A stretch of DNA of 64,000 nt from Lama guanicoe (GCA_013239625.1 MU056905.1:38168783-38232782), one strand, 5' to 3'; shown: positions 26,627 to 40,500, counted from the first letter of the stretch. Numbers and translations are program-made. The notes: generated by a model not told the origin, from the sequence alone.

Positions 26627-27991
26627 CTATGAAAACCAATAAGAAAGTGTAAGTCATTTTCCAAACAAAAGTGACTGTAGTTTGTACATATACATTGTAA
26701 ACTCAGGGAGGAGGACTATGACAATTAGATTTTGAAAACTCTTGGCATTAACCAATAGTTGTGCGTTCACTAAGGTATCAGGAGTGGTTGGAACCCATTT
26801 CAGTTTTTAAATAGCTCATTTATACTTCAACATTCATCAAAACATATCCATAATTCAATGGTTCAGGAGATGAGACCAAGATGACAGTTTTAGAGACTGC
26901 ATTCTGAATAGTACTGCCAAACTCTTCGCAAAAATTCGTAACTTGATTAAATAGCTTTGAAAAGTGCCTAACATTCTTTGGTTAGAATCAACCTACTTAA
27001 TTTTTTTTTAACATTTCAAAATAGGATTATGTCTAATACTTGGTATTTAGATTTTTGAATAGAAGACTTGCATTTGTGTTCTACTTAAATTCTATTTATT
27101 GATGAGAAATTCTAAATTGCTAATAGCAGAAATACAACAAAGTAAGTTTTTTCACTTTTAGTTGTACTCATCTCAAGTGAGGTCTAACTGCGTTTTTCTT
27201 TATCCTAAAATGTGTAAAAAAAAAAAAATCTAAGTGGTAGGTTAAAACCCAAATACATAGTAATACAAAGTTTCTCAAACACTCACATGATTTAATTGGT
27301 GCCATATTTTAGTTCCAAGAACATCCACCAATCCTATGCCCGAATATTTCTGAACAACTGATAAGTGTTTAAAATGATGATGCTATATAGAGAACTTGTA
27401 CCTTCCTCAGAAAAGAGACCTATGTGTTCTCCCACCTTAAGTGTCTTACTCTTGAGGATGACTAAAAACCATGGTATCGAACACGTGCAAAATTTCTGCA
27501 TTCATATTTATAAGCAAGAGGGTGTGGAGTTGTATTCTCGGATGCCGGAGGCTCTCCATTGCTCTCTGGCATAGGGGATGAAGGGTATAGATGGCAAATC
27601 AGGGTTGATTTTTTAGTATCTTCCCCTCACCCCCAAACAGTGATTCCAGAGAAGGTAATGGTTGTGTCAGACCTCCATACCACATTCCGATGTTAGAAGT
27701 CTATATGCAGAAGCCATATCCTCAGGTCCTCTCCTGTTAAACTCTTAATAGGACTGTTTTGGGCCTTATCTGTAACTTGATGTTGTGTTAAATTGGCTAA
27801 CTTAGCCGGAGTCTCCACTGTGGAGATTCCTGTGGGGGTAGTCATTAAATCCATCTTTGGAAAAGGGAAGGGTATCTACCTATGACATGATTTATCTATA
27901 GGTGAGAAGTAATATATTGAATGTGTGTGTGAGAACTGGTACCTCTTGCTGCTTAATCAAAGTAATACTTTAATTGAAAACATTACCACAT

Positions 27992-28080
27992 AGAAGGGTG
28001 GTTATAGCTCAGCGGCAGAGCGCATGCATGGAGTCCTGGGGTTCCATCCCTAATACCTCCATTAAATAAACAAAACCCCC
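27992..28080 (+). mobile_element. tRNA-derived SINE (same camelid family), shortened/diverged
   Basis: tatagctcagcggcagagcgcatg ... ggggttccatccctaatacctcc, then attaaataaa. TSD aaacattaccacat (27978-27991) / aaacattacagcat (28081-28094). Confidence 0.85.
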
Positions 28081-30334
28081 AAACATTACAGCATGTGTGT
28101 ATAGCCTCGGTTCTTTCATTCCTTGAGTTCTTAGAGCATCTTACCCATTGTCTCTTAGGTTACTAAGGACTTTTTTTGTCTGATTGCACATGGCAATTCC
28201 CCACATGACTATGAACTCCTTGAAGACAAGGTCCTTCCCTGAATTATTACTTTCCACACATTTTCAGAAAGTAAATACATGGAGATTTTAGATGATTCTC
28301 CCATTTTGAATTACCCAGGTCGTACCTCCCTTCCATTAGTGTAGATAATAGAGAGTTACTTCTAATGTGCTAAATTCACCTGAAGTGCCTACTCGCCCCT
28401 AGGAATTAATTTACACATCAGGAGAATCTAGTGGAAAAAATTACTTTTCACAGTCTCTGAAAATACAGAATGGGTGTCAGTAGCACAGAAATTAATACAA
28501 AGTACAGACAAATTCATCTGAACTTTAGGAGACAAGAGAAATGGAAATGAATGAAATTGCTGTTCACAAATGGCTCATTAGGAGGGTTCTTTTTTGCAGG
28601 ATTCTGTCTGTTCGCCACAATCGCCTCTCTGGGGAGCTTATTACTGGCAGTCACCAGAGCAATGACTACCTCTCGGTTATCTTACCTATATTCGCTCCCA
28701 TCCACTAGAGTTTTGCTTAGTCAGGAAATTTATCTAGAGTGACTTTAGTCCCTTCTGCCTAATCAAATTACCCCTAACCATTCAGCCCTAGTCCAAGCTC
28801 CAAACCTTTAATGATAAAGTACCTCCCTACGATGCCAGCCCACGTGGATTTCTGCTGCTGATTGCCTTATAGCCAGGAGTATGGTGCTTAAGGATGTTTT
28901 TTCTGTTTCTTTCATACAGGTGAGTTCCTGTCACTCTAAACTCCAGAACAGGGGTTGTACCTTACACTTCTTAATAAGGTGCATAACAAGGGCTTATAAA
29001 TCACTGCTGGCAGATTGCATTGAAGTGAGAACCTCACTCACCTTTTGCTTTGTACACAGCACAGACACCAGTGTTCTATCAAAAGTGTGTCTCAGTTTAA
29101 TCAGCGAGTCAACTAATGAATATATTTGGAGCTCCTTCTTTGTGTCTAGTGCTGTAGACGTAGCTCCTTTCCTAAAACTGGAAACGAAAACATTTCTGGA
29201 CGTGTTGTTTTTATAAGATAATTCCAGGATCCTATAGGGTTGCAGCTGACAGACGAGTGCTTTTGCTGCTGCGATTAGCTCGTGACGGGGCCTTATTACT
29301 ATTAGGAATTTCAGCTGTATGTATCATGTATTTCAGTCAATAGCCTTGATCACTGGGTGGAAACTGCCAGTTAGTGTTAGAAAGTTCCAGCTGTGAGATT
29401 CAGAGAAATTAACCTGCTCTTTTAGAATGTGGAGCTGACAATCAGAAAGCACCTTTGTTCTGAGCAGTTTGATAATTCTGTTATTTTTTTTCAAGCAGCC
29501 GCTGAATAGAGTAGACACAAATTAATGACTTAACAGACAACTACAGTAATACCTTTCCTTTCTGAAAAGCATTATAGCTATTGGAACGGAGGTCATCTCC
29601 AATGGATAAATGAAAAGCTTGATTTAAAATGAATATTTACTTGATGACTTTAATAGCACCATCCATTATTTCACGTGTAAAAAGAGGTGTTTGCTTTAAT
29701 GACCTTCGCAAATGGGGCTAAGTTCACATGCTTGTTGGAAATGCAGTTCTTTGGAATGAGTTTTTAAAAAGGTACCTGAATTGGCTAAAGGCTATGACAT
29801 TTTAAAAGGACATATTCTATTTATGTTAATCGTAAGATTTTTCTCTGTGTTAAATTAGCAAGAGGTTCTCTGAATAGGTTTTTCTCTGAGGTTGGGAATC
29901 TTTTCAGAGCTAACAGACAAATGGCAGTCCAATAATCTCTCAAAATGAAAATCTAGACTATTTGCGTATTCTCCATATGCAAAAATGCAAAAATGTTATT
30001 CATTTGTAAGAAAGGACAATGACAGGCTTTAAATTTTAATAGCAGAACGGGTGGCCTTAAATATATCCTTTGTGTGGTGGTATCTTTCAAATTCATTTTA
30101 TTCCCATAACTACTCTCCTACCCCTGAAGTGTCTGCCAAGTCGGTATTTACATCTGATGGTCCAGATGGTCACAGTGTGAGGTGTTGCTGTGGACGTACC
30201 CAGGCTAAAAAGACTGAATCCGGCCGTGTGTACAAATGTACAGTAAATTGTTCAGGCGAAGGAGACCACGTTACTGCTTTTAATACTGATTTTTTGTGAG
30301 GGTGCTATACAATCTATTAACTTGGTGTTCGTTC

Positions 30335-30870
30335 AGTTATTCATTAATTTCTTATTGAACAATGGTTGAGTTTCACGATAGACTCTTCCAGGTTCTAGTC
30401 TAGGTTTCATAGACACCTCGATGAATAAGGTGACCTGAAGTTCAGAGTGTCATGGAGGGACAAATTCAAACAGAATAACAGTATAATGTGTTAACTGCAC
30501 CCTATATGAGGCACAGATGCTGTGGAAGCAGAGAAGGTTAAACCTTTCCAGGGTCTAGTGATAGAACTGAGGAAGGAAGACTTGACTTGGAGATGTTTAT
30601 CCCCAATAATCAGGGTCAGTTTTTCCAGCCACCCCAAAAAAACATCCTTTGTAAAACGAATGTGCCTGCTATACGAATGTAGCTTTAGGGTGCGTCTTCC
30701 AGCTCCCCCTGTCAGCCAGAGCTAGTGTGGCTGGTGACATGAAGTGTCCTTGAAGTACCTGAGCTGAGATGGGACGATTCCACAGGTGGAGTCAGTGCGA
30801 ACTCTGTGGAGAACAGGGCAAGAATGTTCTAGGCACAGGGACACGTGTGCAAAGTCCTCACTGCTTAAAC
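30335..30870 (-). mobile_element. L2 fragment(s)
   Basis: ttcattaatttcttattgaac..ccaggttctagtctagg; tgagctgaga...aagaatgttctaggcacagggacac.gtgcaaagtcct. Confidence 0.6.
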
Positions 30871-31329
30871 TCGTTACTCTTCTATAAGCATAAAACTCAT
30901 GTTAATTCAGTTAAAGACAGATTTCTATTTATGATTTATTATCTTCAAGATTTTTCACAGTAATCTTTAACTTTTATTTTAAGAGATACACTTGAAGTCC
31001 TACTAGAAATAATAGGAACAGAAAAGTGGATATTCTGAAGTGATCTAAGAATGATGAAAGCAGGAAGTCAAAATGCTTATTGAAAGTAACAGCAGAGTGC
31101 CGGACAGAGTGACGGAAACATCACTGGACTGAGGCATGGGCATTTCACTTGTTTGTTCATGAAACATACTTATTGGGCATCTCCTGTATGCCATGCACTG
31201 TTCTAAAATCCGAGATACAATAGAGCATGTGAAGTCAATGAACAAAATAAACAGTGAAATAGAAGGCCAAGTAAAGTAGTTCGAAGAGTCCCTGGAACAT
31301 AAAATGAACTATCATGAGTGCTTCCTATT

Positions 31330-32745
31330 AAAACAAAAATCCTGTTTCTACCACACTCTTCTCTAGAAAGAGCCACACCCCTGTGCTCCTTTTCACAGCC
31401 AAACCTCTTTTGGAACAGACTGTAATCACTGTCCCTATTTACTCATGGTCCACTACTTTCTCTGTTTTATTGAAATGGCTCCTGATAAGGTTTCAAACAA
31501 CCTCCATCTGAGTAAGCCACAGATGTTTTCCAGCTTTCATGAACCCAGACTCTCAGCAGAATTTGTTGACTTCCCCTTTCTTCCTTTGATTCTGTAGTAT
31601 GATGCTTCCTTGATTTATCTGCCTTTCTGGCTGCTGATTCCTCGTCTCCTTTCTCAAGGTTTAGTCCAAGCCCATTTCTTTTCTTAAGCTGGTGTTATCC
31701 CAGTCTGTGGCTTTAGTTACCACCTAGAAGGGATTCCCAAGATTGTTTCTTCAGTTTAGATCTTTTATCTGGACTCTAGACCCATAAATCCGCTGCCTAC
31801 TTGTCATTTCCACATTAGAATATTCCATCCAGATCTTAGTCTCAAATGCCAAAAACCGAATTTTATGATCTTTCTCACAAACTTGGCTCACTCTATTTCA
31901 GTATTGGTAACAGCCTCCAAATAGTTGTTCAAGACAGAAAACTGGGCATTACCATTGACTGTTGACTTTAGAGTTCTGAGTTTATCTATTAGTCATCTCT
32001 TAGGTAGGTTCACTTGTTTTCACCCCTTCCCAGTAAATCTCTAATATCCCAATATCAGAATATTTACCCTCTACTCTGACAGTCTGTCATCTGGGTTAGT
32101 CTAGTCGTCTCTCAGTTGTTCTCCTTAAACTGACTGCTGGAATATGGTGGGCAGGGTCACCTTTTAAATAACAAGTCTGCTTAAAATCCTCAAGTAGGTC
32201 TACTGTCTCTCCTGGGATAAAGACCCACAGCTTTAGCATCAGTTATAATATCCTTCAAGGTATGGTTCCTGCTTACTCCTCGGTCTCCTCTCCATCCACT
32301 TTCCCCCTCTGTGTTCCAACCCCATCAGGCTTCTTTATATCATTGAATAAGTCATGTTAATTGCACTGTGTTGTCTTGTAAATTGTTCCTTTTGCCTGAC
32401 ACATTCTGTCCTCTTGTTACTCTCCCTTCAACTTACCTACTTTTTACTCACCATTCAGACCTGATCTAAAATTTTGTTTATTTAGAGAAGCCTTACCTGA
32501 CTCTCCAAGTAAAGCCTTTCTCCGAAATTCTTTAGTAGTTCCTTATATTCTTCTCTTGAAATACTGACTGCAGTTATCAGGTATTGGAATCATGCACAGT
32601 AATTATGTACAGTAATCCTGTGTTGATTTGTCTGGTTATGGGATTGTATCTCACTTACATGAACTTGGCCATCTTTATACAGTATCCTTTTAACTATGTG
32701 TGGTGCCTGGCACATTGTACATGATTAGTATATATTCATTGGCAC
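31330..32745 (+). mobile_element. L2 LINE, long 3' segment
   Basis: tgaaatggctcctgataaggt..caacctcc, gactctcagcagaatttg, tccgctgcctacttgtcatttccac, tctgcttaaaatcctcaa, ending gtgcctggcacattgta. Confidence 0.8.
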
Positions 32746-32769
32746 AGAATGCATATATGTTTATGGGAT

Positions 32770-33176
32770 GTTCAGCTCTAGCAGAGAATACCAGCTATTT
32801 GTCAAAATCCATCCTATTCTTCGTAGACACACAGCTAGACTACATTTCTCAGCCCTCCTTGCAGCTGGATGAGGTCTTGTGATTGGATTCTGGCAAGTGG
32901 AATGTGAACAGAAGTGGTGTGGACTTAAACCTCCACGACGACTACCTATGAACTTTGTTCTCTCCTATGACTGTGACAGTGACCTTGGAACCTGGATGCT
33001 GAAGATAGCAGAGTTTCAATGAGCCAGGATCCTCAAATGGTTCAGTAAAAGAGCCCTACCTGCCAATATGGAACCGCCGTGTGCTATTGATTGAGCAAGA
33101 AATAAATGTCTTTTGCTGAACCATTACATATTTGGGTCAATTTCTTACTGTAGCCTAGACTGACATAATTAATACA
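32770..33176 (+). mobile_element. Older MaLR LTR (MLT1H/J-like)
   Basis: cagctagactacatttctcagccctccttgcagc, ttctggc..tggaatgtgaacagaagtg, gagcaagaaataaa, ending in taataca. Confidence 0.75.
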
Positions 33177-33679
33177 AATTCATGCATTCTAAACAATATT
33201 TTCAAAAGTGTGATTAGTGATCCCTTACACTTTTCATAGAAAATGAGCAATGTTTGTACTTCATTAATTCAGTTTGCCAAACACTTGGTTTTTTCAATAT
33301 GTCAGTCATGTTTCGAGGTACTAGGAAGAAAGGAGGATTAAAATTTGTTCTTGCACATAGGAAACTTACTGTGTTGGGGAGAACAGGCATACAGAGAGAA
33401 GTTTACCATAAAGTGGTAAGTGCCATTTTAGAAATAAGTATTAGAAAGGACCATAATAGAGAAAGTAGAGAAATTTGTGGTTAGTTTCATATGTGAATTT
33501 TGAGTGGATGGGGAGGTGAATGTGGGCAGAATACAGCCTGGAAAGTGAGTCCTAGAAATGTCCTTGTCAAAAGATTCTTCACGTCGTAGAGTACTGTCGG
33601 CCCAAAATTCTACCGTTCGTTACCTTTCCCTAAAACTTTTGATTTTTCTGAGTACTTGAAAATATTATGAAATGCTGTT

Positions 33680-33694
33680 TTGCCCCCTAGTGGA
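33680..33694 (-). promoter_or_regulatory. CTCF core motif match
   Basis: Minus strand TCCACTAGGGGGCAA fits the CCASYAGRKGGC core. Motif only, no binding data. Confidence 0.55.
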
Positions 33695-34014
33695 TGACAT
33701 GGCAGTTCATCATGGGATTAAATTTAAGTTGACTGTTCCCTGGGTTATGGAAGATGTACGTAAGTGAGATGGGCAGATCTCCGGAGATGGTGAAGATGCC
33801 CCCGTAGCTTGGGACGCGGCTTTAATTAGAGGGCCTAAGTAGGAATCCAGGTAAATGACCAATTGTACGAGGACATGTGAAGAGGAAGGGAAAATAATGG
33901 AGAACAGCCTGTGGAAGGTATCTAAAGAGAAACCTTTACCAAGCTGCTTTGTCCCTTTAACATTCCCTCTCTGTTAACTACGTGTCCTTGATTTTCTGGG
34001 TCAGACCCAATTTT

Positions 34015-34129
34015 CATTCATTCATTCATTTATTGGAATATAGTCAATTTACAATGAGCGTTGTGCTAATTTCTGGTTAGAGCGTAGTGATTCATATATG
34101 TGTGTATATATATATTCCTTTTCATATTC
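34015..34129 (-). mobile_element. Very short L1 3' end with (TGAA)n-like tail
   Basis: Same family signature as 9444-9671 (tatagtcaatttacaatg...aatttctgg). TSD tcagacccaatttt (34001-34014) / tcagatccaatttt (34130-34143). Confidence 0.8.
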
Positions 34130-34823
34130 TCAGATCCAATTTTAAATATTCTATTTTCATGTCCTCCTGTGACTTTGAGGGCTCTTTCAAATAGTCATTT
34201 GGACTATGAGAACCAGTATTGTCTTCTTTAAAACAGAAGTGTGAATACTAAGTTAATTTTGAAATAGGGGCAACCTCTTTGTGCATACAAATGCAAATTT
34301 GACCTATGCAGTTACAGAGGAAGCCATTGTATAGAAATGTTGCGCCAGAAGGCATGAGTGGTGCTGGAGTATTCATGGAAAACAATGCCAGATAGTGCCT
34401 GGAAGGCGTTGCTTGGCACTTTGAACTCGGAGAAGTGTCATCTCTAGTGACTGAGAGAAGCCCTTGAATGATGTATATCTAGTCTTCCCAGCAGAGCAGC
34501 ATTAAATGTTCACTAATCATACTCGAAAACCGCTAAGACTTCGTGACCTTCTGTCACTCCACAGCTATGTTCACCAGTGCATTCTAACTAACTTAAAAGG
34601 ATATCCTGGGGTCACAGGGTCTTAACAGAACACAGAAGCCAAGATGCTTCTTTTATCCAAAGAACACTTTCCCCTTTTCAGTTCTGGGATGGTGACCAAG
34701 AAGAAATCCACAAGGAGCGGCAATACCACACAAGCAGGGGACACCACTGCCCCAGGAAGGTTTCCCTTTTCCTTCTCAGAGCCGGCTGGGTGAACGCTCT
34801 GCAGACCGAAGTTCTGCCACAAG

Positions 34824-34842
34824 CCACCCCCAGGGGGCGCTC
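34824..34842 (+). promoter_or_regulatory. CTCF core motif match
   Basis: CCCCCAGGGGGCGCT (34827-34841), one mismatch from CCACCAGGGGGCGCT, CpG retained. Motif only. Confidence 0.5.
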
Positions 34843-37800
34843 CAAGCAAGTTCTTTCTGCACCATTAAACTAGATGACACGTACTTGCTTTTTCCTTCTG
34901 TGAAGGTTAATAGGAGAACCACCTGTGAGCCAAGCGGAGCTCAAAAATCATGAGAAGAGAACCAAAAAGAAGGCATTAAAAAGAGCAGGGTATACACTAG
35001 GCTAGTTACACAGAAGCTGGCAAGGGGAGAAGAGCTATTTGTTGAAAAAGAGCAAGGTTAGAGAAATCCGAGGGGCCAGTCCCAGCTTTTCTACTTCACG
35101 CTTCAGCTTGACATGCGGTCTGTCCCCAGAAAATGGGAGACTTGAAAAAAGAGAGAAGACAGGAGAAAGTAACTGATAATTAAATTGAGGTCGGAGAGGC
35201 ACGGCAGTGGGAAGTAATAGAGAAAGGAATAGAGGAGAGAAAAGATATTTGAGAAGGAGAATAAAGGGGAAAAATTAGTTTTTCTGTTTTATCTTCCCTT
35301 AGCAAGAGGGTGGGGAGGGGGAAGAGAGACGATAAGGAAAATCAAACAACTAATGGACGGCAGAAAAAGCAGTAGGAGGATTTTGAGGGTCTTTTTTTGG
35401 TTGTGTGGGTTCCCTTCAAAAGGGATGAGAGCTGTTGCCTGGCAAGGGGCTCAGTGGTGGGACCCTCATTACTAGTTCAACTGGGAAGAACGCAGGAGAC
35501 ATACCTGCAGTAATTCAAATCCACAGAAACAGTTTGATATGAATCTCAGATGACAGGGAGAATGGATGTATTTTGTACACTGTATCAGAAGGAAAAGTGC
35601 GAGGCACAGGGATGATGTCCCCAAGCAAGCTAAGGCTAAAGACTGTTAGTTCTCTTCAGGATGGAAATGGAAGATACAGGTCACACGGCAGTTTCACTGA
35701 AAAACATGCTATATAGTATGCTGAAGTTCCATTAACAGCAGCAAAGAGAGTTGGCATTAAGATAGGGAAACAGAACAGGGAGAAACAGAAAGCCATCGAG
35801 AGGTACACAAACACTCCACCTCCCACTTGCTATTAATCCAGAACAGAGAGGCATCCTGGCTGTTGTAGGAACAGCCGGCGGTGTCCTTGACAGGTGTGTC
35901 AACAAATCCTCTGAGCGGAAAGTGCCCGGAGACAAGTCCTAAACAAGGGCAAGGCGGCATGAGGGGTTCAGCAAGAAAGGAAGGGTAAGTGTGTTGGGGT
36001 TGGTAGCCCCTAAAAAAGGTTGCAGTTGGGTACTTTTAGGGGAGATGGAGGAAATTATTGATTGAATGGAGGAAATTATTTTCAAGGTTACATGCTGTTT
36101 ATAGTTCTTTGAAAATGGATTTGAAGGTGCAGCAGTAATTCAGATAACCTAGTCAGAAAGAGGAAGAGTTAAGATAAAAATGCTGAGAGAAGATGGCTCT
36201 TACAGAGGAAGGAAAGCCCTTACCCAAGGAGAGAAGCCTGTGTGTGAAGTCCGTGGAAGAATAAAGAAAAAATGAGGAATAATGAGTCCCCAGAGAAGCC
36301 AATACAAGGAAAGTACCCCCCCACCCCACCAAAAAAAAAAAAAAGACAAAGATATAACAGACTTTCTAAGGGATCTAAATTGCCAGAAAAAAAGTACAGG
36401 AGAGTCAGAGGCAAGAGAAGGGGTTAGATCACAGGAAAAGTGGATAGTCCATTATATCTCAGTAAAACTGGGCAGGGGGGAAGCATATAATTTAAAATGA
36501 CTTGGGGGTCTAAAATCCCAGGTATAGAGAAAGCATTGATTACTGTAGGACTATGTAATACAAAAGCAGAGTCTAGAGGCAGAATGAAATTTTGCAATAA
36601 AGTACAAGCACTTTACAATACAGAGGGAAGTTACCCTTCCTGAAGGGATTGGCTTGAGGGTTCTTGATACCTTCAGTAGGGGAAGGATACCACGAGAGTT
36701 GGGGAATGGATTGCTGGAAAGGAAACACATGGAGTCCGACACGTGAGGGTGAATGTGTACAGGGGAAAGAAAGACCAACTTTGTGAATGTTCCTGGCTCT
36801 CAGAATCTCTATGAGCAAGAAGAATTAAGACAGCAGAAACGGGAGGAACCAGGTGAGAGACAACTGCTCTTTTGACAGACTCTTAGGAATTTTGCAAATT
36901 CAAAGGGTGACCTATGAAGATGACATCAGATTAGAGGATAAAGGCCATGGACCTAAGAAGGAAAATGATAAAACTATTACGTAAAGAAATATCAAAGGAG
37001 AGGCACACTTAGAAACGACACTACATGACAGCAAATTCATTTTGGGTTGCAGGAAACAGAACAAGAACCATTGCCTGTTCTTGACTGTACCATGTTCTGC
37101 TGTGTTTTCAAACCTCTGAACATCCTGCTGCTTTGCCTGGTATAACCTCCGTCCCTTTGCTTTACTACTGGACTCCTCTTCTCAGCTGTCATCTCTCAGC
37201 CATTCTCGTCAGAGGTGGGCTCTTCTCCCCTACTTGTGTTTCTTGGACACCTTTCCAAACTCAGCACAGTACTTGTAATATACCCCAGGTGTCTGTCCCC
37301 TGTATCCCTCTTCCATTAAACAAGGCTTGTGTTTTCATCAGGTTTACCTGACCAAGTGTCTGTCATATGTCTAAAAGCCAGTATCAGTTCCAGGTCATGA
37401 CAGGTTGAGTCTTGCTGTAGGAAAGGGCTAGGATAGTGAAACGTGACAATTCTTTGTTTTTCTGCTATAGTAAGAAATTTGGAATCTGGGGGAAAATATG
37501 AAAAGCAATATTATATGCACTATGATGTTAAAAAAAAATAGAACTGTCAGGCACATAACTGAAAATAAAGTTTCTGGAGAGTTAAGATATCATTTGGATT
37601 TCTTACTAAAACCAAAGAGAATACGGAAGTAGGGTTTTGGGAATCAAGCTTCCCAGGAGAGTAGACACGCCAAGGACAATGAATAAAGGTCATTAGTGGA
37701 AAAGCTAGACAGGACCAAACCACAAAAGAGGCAAAGAGAAAACAACCACAGTCACAGAGTAGGTTTTAAATATTATACATGGTAACACTGGGAATTCGGC

Positions 37801-40254
37801 TAGTTTGATGGTTGGAGAGAAACTGTACCTAGATTTATATATAATAATGCAACTACATTTTTTCTAGTGAAGAACTAGTAAGACTAAAATGCAATCAAAG
37901 ATGTAAAAGAGCTTGGAAATATTGAACCTGTAAATGAAACATATTAATATCATTTTCCTGCTAGTTTAGTATCAGTAGAATAACCATCTTTAAATGGTTT
38001 CCACTACTTCTTCATTATCAGACATTGAGCAGCTGGCTCTTCTAAAGATGCAAAAGAACCCTCATTACTTGATGATACAACAGCTGAGGTGGAATATTTG
38101 AATTTCTGAATGGGTATAAATCCCAATTACGACTATGGCCCTTTTAGTCATTTCCAGGGGAATTATAACCCTCTATGGATGGAACGCTAGAAGAACTGGA
38201 AGGCTTCTTTACTTGAGATGAAGAAAAAGTACCTGCTTTTGAACCATGTTGCATCTACTTGATGGTTTCAGTGTCACTGGGAAAATGATACAATCAGATT
38301 GTGGGTAATGGAAACAGAGCTTTTCTCATGCACAACCCATTTAATTCAGTTTTCAGATACAGATGACAGTACACAGGGCAGCAAAACTACAGGCACATAG
38401 ATCAAGAACTGGAATTTAGATTTTCATCTCGGCTATATAGCTGACTTGAAGGAACGTGAAGGAATGTGCTTAACTTCGGTTACCTCCTTCACAAAGTAGA
38501 TTACAGATCTCAGAGGCGTTAAGTCAGCACCTCTAACAACATCTACATTAACCTCAGTTTCTTACTGAAGCTGTCCTATCTGCATATTACTTCTGTTTCA
38601 GGGTTTTTGACTTTTACTTCTTCGATGGTGATCTTCTGTTCTCATTGACTTCTGCTTAAAGGTTATGCAGCTAATTAGTGCGTTTCTCATGTAGGTCTTC
38701 AACGCGTTGTGTGTTGTGGCAGACGTAACAGCAGAAGTCAAGATCATCTCTAAGTATATTTGGAATTCAATTTGCCAAGAGTTCACAGATCGTTCATTTT
38801 GCGGAAATAATTTAGCTTCCACCTGGTTTGCCTAGGGGAAAGTTCACTGGTGTTCATGGCTAAGAAAATCAGAGCATCATTAGAGAGTTCAGTGGTCCCT
38901 TGCATGGAAATGTGGATGTCACGGAATACACAGTGCAAGAGGAGAGTGTATCTGCAGATGAGCATGGGGGGAATCCAAACAGAAGTTCTTCTCTTCAGAC
39001 AAAGCGGACAGGCGTGCCTTCTCTCCTTTGTTCTGCCTGCATTCAGACTGACGGCTGGAGTGACCCTGCTGAGATGCCGGGGGTTTTAGCTCCGTAGAGT
39101 ACGTTGCAGATTTTTATGAGAAATGACGACTAAAAGAATTTTCTAAAACAAATAATGCAACTGTAACTCAAGGCAGTTTAAACTACAATAATTTTCCTCT
39201 TTAGTTGTAATGGCATTCGGTTTTTGACTTTAGAACATCGTATTTTTAATGAGGGAAACTTAGCTTCTAGAAAATGTGAATGAGAAAACGGACCCGTAAA
39301 GTTCTGGTCAGTTTCATCAGATTTTTATCATCTTACTAGGATTTAGTTTTGATCGTTGGTTTTTCAGCTATGATTTTATTTTGTGATATCCTGTTCATGG
39401 AGATCAATATAAAAATTTTTTAAAAAGAGAACTTTTTCACATCTGCAATCCCATAAAAGCATATTTGCCAACACTGTGCCTTCAAGTGGTTTGCAGATTG
39501 CCATGGTAATCTATCTCAGAAAAGCAGTAACCATTATTGTTCAGTAAATTCTGCAAATTAACAGCCTGAGGTAATCCTTACTGCCACTGCTTTAATGCGC
39601 ACCTGAGGCAAATAAGTCAAAATGACAAATTTTAAAAATCACCATACAAACTTCAGATGACCACCCAAAATCTTTCAACTCAGAGAAAGAATGGGTGAGA
39701 TCTAAGGGGCATTATTTTCAATCTGAAGCTGAAAAGAATATGTATAATACTGTGTTATCTCAAAAAAAGGCCTCAGGCAGTTGGAGTCCTTGAATATTTG
39801 AAAGTATTTGGCCAAAAGTGATGAATCATAAATGCATATGACTGCTTTTTTAAGATAAGAAAGAAGAGTCTAACTGGGTTAAACATATGGGGAAAAAACA
39901 CACACAAAAAAAGTAAAGAAAAGGTGTATTATTTTAAAAGGTTACTTTCAAATATATCCAGAGTGAAGTAAAAGTGGGGAAATGACCCCAGGATGTCCCT
40001 TGAAGGTGACAAGGGTACAGAGTCAGGTGGGAAATCTTTCTGAAAGAAGCTGTTATTAGTAGAAATTAAGAATATTCATTTGTATGTGAGGGTAAAATCG
40101 AACAGCTTACAGAGTTAACTGGGGACGATTTTTCTTGGGGTCACTGAGAAACAGTTTCCTGCAGTTACAAATAAGGTACATCAAGAAAGGAAAATGGTTT
40201 GGAGGTTAAGTCTTTACTCCTGAAAGGTTTCTCAGAGCTGATTTTAGAGATCGT

Positions 40255-40500
40255 TAGTGCCATGGTTAAGATGGCAGTTAGTCTGCTGAGTTCAAATTTT
40301 GACCTATTGCTTACTAGCCGTGTGATCTGGAAACATTCTTAACCTTGGGTGGGAATTTGCATCCTTACGAATAGAATGGGGATGATGATAGAAAAGCTAA
40401 ATCAAAGGACCATTGTGAGGATTAAAGAGTTAATACACCTGATGTGCTTACGGCAGATGTGTCCTTGGCATACGGGAAGTGCTCAATAAACGTTAGTCCT
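40255..40500 (+). mobile_element. MIR
   Basis: gagttcaaat..ttactagccgtgtgatctgg..ttgtgaggattaaa..aagtgctcaataaacgttag. Confidence 0.75.
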
